From Alphaproteobacteria bacterium (lineage in GTDB: Bacteria; Pseudomonadota; Alphaproteobacteria; UBA828): DNA of 64,000 nt. Position 1 is the stretch's first letter. Each line of letters begins with the position of its first letter. Both the position numbers and the translations under genes were made by a program. The DNA is taken from assembly GCA_965220745.1 (NCBI GenBank), contig CBDCQT010000011.1:544001-608000 (forward strand), written 5' to 3'. Shown here in pieces: positions 19,541 through 27,015 of this stretch. The notes under the pieces were generated by a model that was given only the letters and a program-made list of their open reading frames with translations, had not been told where the DNA came from and made no database searches.

Positions 19541-19769
19541 TCCCCGAGTCCAACGGAGTTAGAACACGTATACTACAGTAAACAGCAATGTCAAAGGTTC
19601 CTCAAAGATCTACGACAAGTGGAATTCGCCTTTTTGAGCCTCTAAAGGCGAGCGAGTACAACGTGTTAGGAGGATACAGTAAAATGGTGTTACTCGCTTC
19701 CCCGAAGGCCACTCAGGGTTATCTTGCCGGGTAATGTGGCCCCACCGCATCCCGACTTCTGGCCCTCAG

Positions 19770-19931
19770 TCAGTTTGCATCGTTGGTGGCACGAATGGTC
19801 TCCGCCTCACCGTCGCCGGTTTCCGGGCGGCGTGGTCTCTCAAGGGCGTGCTCGGTGCCGGGGCCTTCGCCCTTGGCGTGAGCAACGGCCTCATTCATGG
19901 ACTGGATCAGATCGTTACCGAGCTTGCTCAT
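19770..19931 (-). pseudogene. Truncated HigA/NadS-like XRE antitoxin remnant (53 aa, HTH absent)
   Basis: Manual translation MSKLGNDLIQSMNEAVAHAKGEGPGTEHALERPRRPETGDGEAETIRATNDAN*, preceded by GGAGGAGG. Not in the ORF track. Confidence 0.55.
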
Positions 19932-19962
19932 TTTCCTCCTCCCACACAGCGTTGCCGTCAGC

Positions 19963-22242
19963 CTAGCCGTCGCCGCCCGGCAATGGGCCGGGCTTCATGA
20001 ACGCGTTCAGCACGTTGGCGGTCACCTTCGACGCGCTGTTGTCGCAGCCGTTGATGGGTAGCGCTTGGCCCCAGGCGATGGAGCTTGCGGACCACACCGC
20101 GCCGTCGTTCGGCGTGGTGAAATAGGTCATGTCGGCCCGGATGCGATGATCCTGCGTGCCGCCCATGCCGGGGTAGTTGCAGAGGATGTCCTCCACCACC
20201 AGGGGGAAGTTGTCCGAATGGCCCTCGGACGAGGCGAGGATCAGCGTGTGCGGCGGGGTGCCCAGAGCCAGGTCGTAGCGGTCGAACTCGATGCCCGCCG
20301 CCCCGCCCACGGCAAGCCCCTGCTCGCCGATGATGTCGCCGTCGATGCCCTCGAAGATCCAGGCGGCGGCAGGGTTCTCGGCATCCGGCATCTTGCGGTA
20401 GGGCTTGGACTCGTCCATGCCCTCGGAGGTGAAGCCGGTGCCCACAAGCTTCTGCGGCGCCCGCCCGCGCCCGCGCCAGAGACCGCCACGCTCCCCGTTG
20501 CTGACCATGTAGTGCTCGCCGGGCTCGGCGTTCCAGGACCGCGTGCCCAAGTCGAGCCGGCGCACCTCCATCACGTCCATGTCATCCGCGCGGAAGGAGA
20601 CCACCCAGTAATAGCCGTTGCCGGAGAGGTACATGAGCCTGCCGCCGGACGCGAGATAGTCCTCGGTCGCGTCCATCATGGCCTCGGAGTAGTACTCGGC
20701 GTGGGTGGCGTTGATGACGACGTTGTAGGGCTCGAGGCAGGCTAGGCCCTCCTGGTGCAGGTCCTCGTCGGTGATCACGTCGTAGTCGTAGCCCATGGTC
20801 TCGAGCCAGTAGATGACCGAGAGGTCGGCCGGGAACTGCCAGGGCACGACCGTGGGCGCCATGCGGTGCCTGGGCCGCATGTTGAAGATCGGCCGGAGCC
20901 GGGTGGTGTAGCAGACGCCCGCACCGTCCCGGTGGCTGTCGTAGCAGGAGAGGCCGTATTCCCGCCGCTGCCTGAGCGCCAGATCCCACTCGTGGATCAC
21001 GGTCACCTGACTGCTCAGCACCTGGGCCATGCCGGTGTCGAGGCCGATGCGCTCGTTGGCGTAGGCGAGGTAGCTGCAGGTGGGCATCAGCATCGCGATG
21101 GGCGCGGAGGGCTCCTTGGGCCGCAGGAAGAAGACCACGTGCTCCTCCGCATCGCCCGCTCTGAGTCTCGCGGCGTAGACGCCGCTCTTCACGTCCGGCA
21201 CCTCCATGGAGACGGTGGGCTGCCAGCCGCAGTCGGCGAGCGAATCCTCGTGGAACTCGATGCCGCCGAACTGATCAGGCGCGTAACGGAAGCAGTCCTC
21301 GTGGCCGTTCCAGTTGAAGCCAGTCATGCCCCGCACCGGGCGGTTGACGCCCTGGCCGTGGAGCCCGTGGGGCCCGGTGTCGACCACCGTGTCGCCGATG
21401 CCGGTCGCGCTATAGCCGGCCGTGGTGTCCCAGGCGGCGATGACCGCGTCGGTCGCCGGCGCGCCGCCTGCCGCCCGCGCGCGGTCGAGCGCGTCGCGGC
21501 TTAGCACGGCGCCGGCGACGCCCGCGCGGTCGATCTTGCCGTTGTAGAGCTGGCTCGCGAAGGCGCCCCGCTCCCCGAAACGGTCTTGGGTCGCAGCCCA
21601 GAAAAAGTCAGCGTCCGCCGCAGCGGGGTTCACTCCGAGCCGCGCGCTCAGGTGGCAGGAGCGCGGCAGCGGCACGATCTTGGAGAGCAGGTTGTTGTAG
21701 CGGTTCTCGACCGGCTCCTGGTAGAGCGTGGCCTCGCCGCTCGCCGGGTCGTAGGAGGCGGCCACCAGGTACCACTGGCGCGCGATCAGCGGAATGTCGG
21801 CCTCGAGAACTCCCGTAATGTCGCCGTTGCCCAACTGGAACTCGAGCGCGCCGCTCTCTGCGATGCTGAGCGCGTAGCCACGACCGTCGGCGATGGACCA
21901 GCGGGTGAGGATGCCCTGGCGGCCATCGTCAGGCGTCCGGGGCCAGATGTAGGCCCAGAGGGTGAAGGGGCCGCTCGTGGCAAGCCGGCCCTTCGGGTCC
22001 GCGACGCGGACGAAGCTCCCGAGCTGCGTGTGTTGCTTGGTCACGGCGTGCGTTCCGTTCACCGGCGCATCCACCTCGCGCTCGACGAAGCCGGGCCCCT
22101 CCGGGTTCTCGTCGCCGTGGATCAGGCGCACGAGCTGGAGCTCGACCCGGTTCGTGCCCTCGGCGTTCACCATGATGTCGAGCAGCTCGCCCGGCCGTGC
22201 GCTGAAGCGGTCGCAGTAGCCCGCCAGGTGAATCTCTGCCAT
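19963..22242 (-). CDS. dmfA2: N,N-dimethylformamidase large (beta) subunit family
   Basis: RLIHGDENPEGPG, a LamG-like insert, SYLAYANE, LSCYD, HAEYYS, YLSGNGYYW and GERGGLWR motifs; 759 aa. Confidence 0.92.
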   Translation of the reverse strand: MAEIHLAGYCDRFSARPGELLDIMVNAEGTNRVELQLVRLIHGDENPEGPGFVEREVDAPVNGTHAVTKQHTQLGSFVRVADPKGRLATSGPFTLWAYIWPRTPDDGRQGILTRWSIADGRGYALSIAESGALEFQLGNGDITGVLEADIPLIARQWYLVAASYDPASGEATLYQEPVENRYNNLLSKIVPLPRSCHLSARLGVNPAAADADFFWAATQDRFGERGAFASQLYNGKIDRAGVAGAVLSRDALDRARAAGGAPATDAVIAAWDTTAGYSATGIGDTVVDTGPHGLHGQGVNRPVRGMTGFNWNGHEDCFRYAPDQFGGIEFHEDSLADCGWQPTVSMEVPDVKSGVYAARLRAGDAEEHVVFFLRPKEPSAPIAMLMPTCSYLAYANERIGLDTGMAQVLSSQVTVIHEWDLALRQRREYGLSCYDSHRDGAGVCYTTRLRPIFNMRPRHRMAPTVVPWQFPADLSVIYWLETMGYDYDVITDEDLHQEGLACLEPYNVVINATHAEYYSEAMMDATEDYLASGGRLMYLSGNGYYWVVSFRADDMDVMEVRRLDLGTRSWNAEPGEHYMVSNGERGGLWRGRGRAPQKLVGTGFTSEGMDESKPYRKMPDAENPAAAWIFEGIDGDIIGEQGLAVGGAAGIEFDRYDLALGTPPHTLILASSEGHSDNFPLVVEDILCNYPGMGGTQDHRIRADMTYFTTPNDGAVWSASSIAWGQALPINGCDNSASKVTANVLNAFMKPGPLPGGDG

Positions 22243-22260
22243 CGCTCTTCTCCCCGGCCC

Positions 22261-22629
22261 TCAGGCGTCGCTCGCCATCAGCGCGTCCACCCGCATGAGG
22301 AAGACCGCGTGGAGCGCCTCGTTCTTGTCGGTGTAGATGGTCCCGTCCACGTCCTTGGGCAGGCCGCCCTCCTGCGCCGTGGTGGTCACGATCTTGTACT
22401 TGCGGTTGGCCTCAAGCTCGAACAGCACGTACTTGCCCTCGAACGGCCCGCGCCGGAAGTAGTTGAGCACGCGCTCCAGATCGCCCGAGTGCTGGCCGAG
22501 CGGGCTCGCGCGGTACTCCTCGATGAGCGCCGGCGTGATGAGCGTTCTGAGATGCGCGCGCAGCTGCCTGTCGAAGCGCCGCTGGTAGACCTTGTCCCTG
22601 TCGTGATGGGCGGCCGTCTCGCCTGCCAT
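22261..22629 (-). CDS. dmfA1: N,N-dimethylformamidase small (alpha) subunit family
   Basis: LIEEYRASPLGQHSGDLERVLNYFRR, GKY and ALHAVFLMR motifs; directly upstream of the large subunit. Confidence 0.88.
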   Translation of the reverse strand: MAGETAAHHDRDKVYQRRFDRQLRAHLRTLITPALIEEYRASPLGQHSGDLERVLNYFRRGPFEGKYVLFELEANRKYKIVTTTAQEGGLPKDVDGTIYTDKNEALHAVFLMRVDALMASDA

Positions 22630-22753
22630 ACCTCCTACTCCCGATCGTGAACGGGCGGGCAGGATAACCCCCGTCTCGCGTCCGGGTCATCTGGCTCCGA
22701 TCCGTGCTAGGTTCCGGCGCATCGGGCCAGCGACGGAGTGGGAGAGGCGCGGC

Positions 22754-23623
22754 ATGAAAGAGTTGGGCAAGCGCGGGGTGTGGATATTCCCGGATGCGCC
22801 ATCGGCGCGCGAGGTCGCGGCCTTTGCGCAGGCGGCGGAAGGCCTGGGCTACGACGCGCTCTGGTATCCCGAGGGCACGGGCTTCGAGAGCCTCAGCTTC
22901 GCCGCCTTCGTGCTGGCGGAGACGGAGCGGCTCTGCGCCGCGAGCGGCATCGCCAACATCTATGCGCGGGACGCAGTGGCTGCCATTTCCGGCCACGACA
23001 CCCTCAACCATTTCTATGGCGACCGCTTCGTGCTTGGGCTCGGCGTCTCGCACGTGCCGCTGGTGGAGGGTTTCCGCGGGCACAGCTACGCCAAGCCCGT
23101 GGCGACCATGCGCGCCTACCTCGACGCCATGGATGCCGCCGAGGTGGCCATCCCTGCGCAGGAGCGGAACGTCGTGCTCGCCGCTCTTGGCCCTCGGATG
23201 CTGGCTCTGGCTGCCGAGCGCACGCGGGGCGCGCACCCCTACAACGTGACGCCGGAGCACACCGCGCGGGCACGCGAGATCGTGGGGCCGGACGCCTGGC
23301 TCTGCGTCGAGCAGAAGGTCTGCGTCACCAACGAGGCATCGACGGCCCGCAACGTGGCGGCGCAGACTCTCGCGATCTACATGCCGCTCACGAACTACCG
23401 CAACAACTGGCTCAGCCTCGGCTTCGGCGAGGACGAGCTGGGCGAGCGGGGCAGCGACCGCTTCCTCGATGCCATGGTTGCCTGGGGCAAGCCCGAGGCC
23501 GTGCGCGCGCGCATCAGGGAGCACTTCGATGCGGGCGCGAGCCACGTCTGCATCCAGCCCCTCGATCCCGACGGCAGCACGGCGCCCGACTTGAACGCAG
23601 TCGAGGCTCTCGCCGCGCTCTGA
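22754..23623 (+). CDS. Luciferase-like (LLM) probable F420-dependent oxidoreductase (TIGR03620-like)
   Basis: GYDALWYPE, SGIANIYARD, LGLGVSH, AALGPRML and GAHPY motifs. Confidence 0.85.
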   Translation: MKELGKRGVWIFPDAPSAREVAAFAQAAEGLGYDALWYPEGTGFESLSFAAFVLAETERLCAASGIANIYARDAVAAISGHDTLNHFYGDRFVLGLGVSHVPLVEGFRGHSYAKPVATMRAYLDAMDAAEVAIPAQERNVVLAALGPRMLALAAERTRGAHPYNVTPEHTARAREIVGPDAWLCVEQKVCVTNEASTARNVAAQTLAIYMPLTNYRNNWLSLGFGEDELGERGSDRFLDAMVAWGKPEAVRARIREHFDAGASHVCIQPLDPDGSTAPDLNAVEALAAL

Positions 23624-23705
23624 ACGCTCGACTTCAGCGCCGCGCCCCGCGCCGGGGTGACGGGCGCGCGCCTAAATCGGAATGGTGGACAGTGGGGAGG
23701 CCAGC

Positions 23706-25358
23706 ATGACCGGCGCCGATCTCTTGGTGAAAATTCTGAAGGCGGAAGGGGTCCGCCAGTGCCTCTGCTTCCCCATGACCCCGATCATCGAGGCCATGGC
23801 GCGCGCCGGCCTGCGCGTCATCACCACGCGGCAGGAGCGCGTTGCCGGCAACATGGCGGACGGCGTCTCGCGCTCCACCAACGGGCGCGAGATCGGCGTC
23901 TTCACGGTGCAGGCGCTGGCGGGGTCGGAGAACGCGTTCGCCGGCGTTGCCCAGGCGCACACGGATTCGTCGCCGGTGCTGTTCCTCCCCGGCCACCCCG
24001 GCACGTCCTATGTGGATCAGCCCCCCACCTTCGACAGCAAGGCGAATTACGCCGCCACCACGAAGATGGCGCAGAAGGTGCTGGCCGCCGACCACATGCC
24101 GGTCAAGCTGCGTCAGGCCTTCACGGCGCTCCGCTCCGGCCGGCCGCAGCCGGTGATGCTGGAGCTGCTGGGCGATGCGTGCGCGGGCGAGGTGAACGGT
24201 GCGCCCGAGTACGCGCCGGTGCGGCGCATGCGCTCTGCGGCCGACGACGGCGCGGTGCGGGAGGCGGTCGAGCGCCTGCTCGCGGCCGAGACGCCCATGA
24301 TCTGGGCCGGTCAGGGCGTGCTCTGGGCCGAGGCGAGTGACGAGCTACGCGAGGTGGCCGAGCTGCTCGGCGCGCCCGCGATGACCACGTTGCAGGGCAA
24401 GAGCGCGATCCCCGAGGCGCACCCGCTGGCGGCGGGCGTGGGCGCTCTCTCCACCACCGCCATGGCCGCCCACTACCTGCAGGCGAGCGATTGCGTGCTC
24501 GCCGTGGGCTCCAGCCTGACCCGCGCGCCCTTCACGCCGGCGATTCCTGACGGCAAGACCATCATCCACGCGACCGTGGACCCCATCGACATCAACAAGG
24601 AATATGCCGCCGCCGTCGGCATCGTGGCCGACGCCAAGCTGTTCCTCGCGCAGCTCGCCGCCGAGCTCAGGCGCCACGTGGGCGATGGCCGCGCCGAACA
24701 GCGCGCCGAGACCGCCGACACCATCGCCCGCATCAAGGGCGAGTGGCACGCCGAGTACGAGCCGCTCTTCGCCGACGATTCGGCGCCGATCAACGGCTAC
24801 CGCATGATGCGTGAGCTCTGGTCCGTGCTCGACCCGGAGACCACCATGCTCACCCACGAGTCCGGCGCGTCGCGGGACATCCAGAGCGTCTTCTACGAAT
24901 CAGGCCCGCCGCGCAGCTATCTCGGCTGGGGCCAGTCCTCGCAGCTCGGCTTCTCCCTCGGCCTCGCCATGGGCGCGAAGCTCGCAAACCCCGAGAAGCT
25001 GGTCGTCAACGTGATGGGTGACGCCTCGGTGGGCATGACCGGAATGGACTGGGAAACCGCGTCGCGCAACGAAATCCCGATCCTCACCGTGATCAAGCAC
25101 GATTCGATCTTCTCGGGCTACGACCGCAACATCCCCGAGGCCTCGGCGCGTTTCGAAGCGAACAGGCAGCAGGGCGATTACGCGACCATTGCGGCAAGCC
25201 TCGGCTGCCACGCCGAGACGGTGACCGAGCCCAAGGCGCTCAGGCCGGCGTTCGAGCGCGCGATCCGCGCCACGAACGAGGGCCAGCCGGCGGTGGTGGA
25301 CGTCATCACCGCCGAGACCCGCAAGCTCTCCCGCCTCGCGCCGACTTCGATCGGCTGA
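23706..25358 (+). CDS. Thiamine diphosphate-dependent enzyme (acetolactate synthase-like family)
   Basis: RQERVAGNMADG, PMIWAGQG and LGFSLGLAMGAKLA motifs; GDAS ThDP motif; GGGAGG RBS. Confidence 0.88.
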   Translation: MTGADLLVKILKAEGVRQCLCFPMTPIIEAMARAGLRVITTRQERVAGNMADGVSRSTNGREIGVFTVQALAGSENAFAGVAQAHTDSSPVLFLPGHPGTSYVDQPPTFDSKANYAATTKMAQKVLAADHMPVKLRQAFTALRSGRPQPVMLELLGDACAGEVNGAPEYAPVRRMRSAADDGAVREAVERLLAAETPMIWAGQGVLWAEASDELREVAELLGAPAMTTLQGKSAIPEAHPLAAGVGALSTTAMAAHYLQASDCVLAVGSSLTRAPFTPAIPDGKTIIHATVDPIDINKEYAAAVGIVADAKLFLAQLAAELRRHVGDGRAEQRAETADTIARIKGEWHAEYEPLFADDSAPINGYRMMRELWSVLDPETTMLTHESGASRDIQSVFYESGPPRSYLGWGQSSQLGFSLGLAMGAKLANPEKLVVNVMGDASVGMTGMDWETASRNEIPILTVIKHDSIFSGYDRNIPEASARFEANRQQGDYATIAASLGCHAETVTEPKALRPAFERAIRATNEGQPAVVDVITAETRKLSRLAPTSIG

Positions 25359-25430
25359 GCCTCGCGCCTCTTCTCCGCGTGCGACCCTGCGCGCGTGCGG
25401 GAGCCGCAGCAACGAAGGAACGAGACCACG

Positions 25431-26192
25431 ATGGGAAGGCTGAACGACAAGGTCGCGGTGGTGACCGGCGGCTCGCGCGGCATCGGCGCCGCCATCGCAC
25501 GGCGCTTCGGTGCGGAGGGCGCGCGCGTGGCCGTGGTCTACAGGGCGGCGGCCGAGGCCGCGGACGAGGTCGTGGCGGGGATCGAGGCTGCCGGAGGCGA
25601 GGCCACCGCCATCCGCTGCGACGTGGCGCAGACCGAGGCGTGCGCGGACATGGCGGAGGACGTGGCCGCGGCATTCGGTGGCGCCGACATCCTCGTCAAC
25701 AATGCGGGCATTCACCTGCTGACCGATCTCGGCGAGACCACCGAGGATCAGTGGGACCGGCAGATGGACACCAACGTCAAGGGTGCCTACTTCGCCGCTC
25801 AGGCGCTGCTACCGCAGATGATGGCCCGCGGCGGCGGCAAGATCATCAACATCGGCTCGATCGTCGGCGAGACCGCCATCATGCGCTCGGCGGTCTACTG
25901 CGCCAGCAAGGGCGCGCTCAAACTGCTCACAAAATCGCTCGCTCTCGACCTGCGCCCGCACAACATTCAGGTGAACACCCTCTCGCCCGGCTGCGTCGCG
26001 ACGGATATGAACGCCCGCTACCGGGTCGAGATCGAGGGCTATGCCGAATCCCTGCAGGGCCGCTTCGGGCCGGGCGATCCGTGGATGACGCCCGACGACA
26101 TGGCGGGCACCGCCCTCTATCTGGCGTCATCGGATTCCGATACGGTCACCGGCGCCAACATCATGGTGGACAAAGGCTATTCCGCCTACTGA
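25431..26192 (+). CDS. Short-chain dehydrogenase/reductase (copy 1)
   Basis: TGGSRGIG, NNAG and YCASK motifs. Confidence 0.92.
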   Translation: MGRLNDKVAVVTGGSRGIGAAIARRFGAEGARVAVVYRAAAEAADEVVAGIEAAGGEATAIRCDVAQTEACADMAEDVAAAFGGADILVNNAGIHLLTDLGETTEDQWDRQMDTNVKGAYFAAQALLPQMMARGGGKIINIGSIVGETAIMRSAVYCASKGALKLLTKSLALDLRPHNIQVNTLSPGCVATDMNARYRVEIEGYAESLQGRFGPGDPWMTPDDMAGTALYLASSDSDTVTGANIMVDKGYSAY

Positions 26193-26252
26193 CCCGCTCG
26201 GCAAGAATGCGACGTGGCCGGCACGCCGGCGCAACCGGAGGACGAGACAACG

Positions 26253-27014
26253 ATGGGCAGGCTGAACGACAAGGTGGCAGTGGTGACAGGCGGCTCACGC
26301 GGCATCGGCGCCGCCATCGCTCGCCGTTTCGGTGCGGAGGGCGCGCGCGTCGCCGTGATCTACAAGGCGGCGGCCGAGGCGGCAGATGAGGTCGTGGCCG
26401 ACGTCAAGGCCGCCGGCAGCGAGGCCACCGCCATCCGCTGCGACGTGGCGCAGACGCAAGACTGCAACGCCATGGCGAACGCCGTGGCGGCGGCCTTCGG
26501 CGGTGCCGACATCCTCGTGAACAACGCGGGCATCTACCTGCTGACGATGCCGGGCGAAACCAGCGAGGACGAGTGGGACAACCAGATGAACACCAACGTC
26601 AAGGGCGCCTACTTCGCAGCCCAGGCGTTGCTGCCGCAGATGATGGCCCGCGGCGGCGGCAAGATCATCAACATCGGCTCGATCGCGGGCGAGACCGGAA
26701 TCCCCGCCTCGGCCGTCTACTGCGCCACCAAGGGCGCGATCAAGCTGATGACCAAGTCGCTCGCGCTCGACCTGCGCCCCCACAACATCCAGGTGAACAG
26801 CCTCTCGCCGGGCTGCGTCGAATCCGACATGAACGCCGGCTACCGGGCCGAGCTGCAGGAATTCATGGATGCGTTGCAGGGCCGCTTCGGCGTCGGCAAT
26901 CCGTGGATGGTGCCGGACGACATGGCGGGCACCGCCGTTTATCTGGCGTCCTCGGATTCGGACACCGTCACGGGCGCCAACGTCATGGTGGACAACGGCT
27001 ATTCGGCGTTTTGA
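26253..27014 (+). CDS. Short-chain dehydrogenase/reductase (copy 2, tandem paralog)
   Basis: TGGSRGIG, NNAG and YCATK motifs; same length and colinear with copy 1. Confidence 0.92.
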   Translation: MGRLNDKVAVVTGGSRGIGAAIARRFGAEGARVAVIYKAAAEAADEVVADVKAAGSEATAIRCDVAQTQDCNAMANAVAAAFGGADILVNNAGIYLLTMPGETSEDEWDNQMNTNVKGAYFAAQALLPQMMARGGGKIINIGSIAGETGIPASAVYCATKGAIKLMTKSLALDLRPHNIQVNSLSPGCVESDMNAGYRAELQEFMDALQGRFGVGNPWMVPDDMAGTAVYLASSDSDTVTGANVMVDNGYSAF

Positions 27015-27015
27015 G

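Larger units (their letters stand above)
18410..19730. mobile_element. AT-richer islet carrying a toxin-antitoxin pair (probable horizontal acquisition)
   Basis: Abrupt visible drop in GC and a change of codon usage relative to both flanks. No integrase or terminal repeats seen; boundaries approximate. Confidence 0.55.

Noticed and set aside
19724-20000. Plus-strand ORFs of 80 and 88 aa in the ORF track
   Set aside because: No RBS or motifs; the minus-strand 53-aa ORF with a strong RBS explains the region better.
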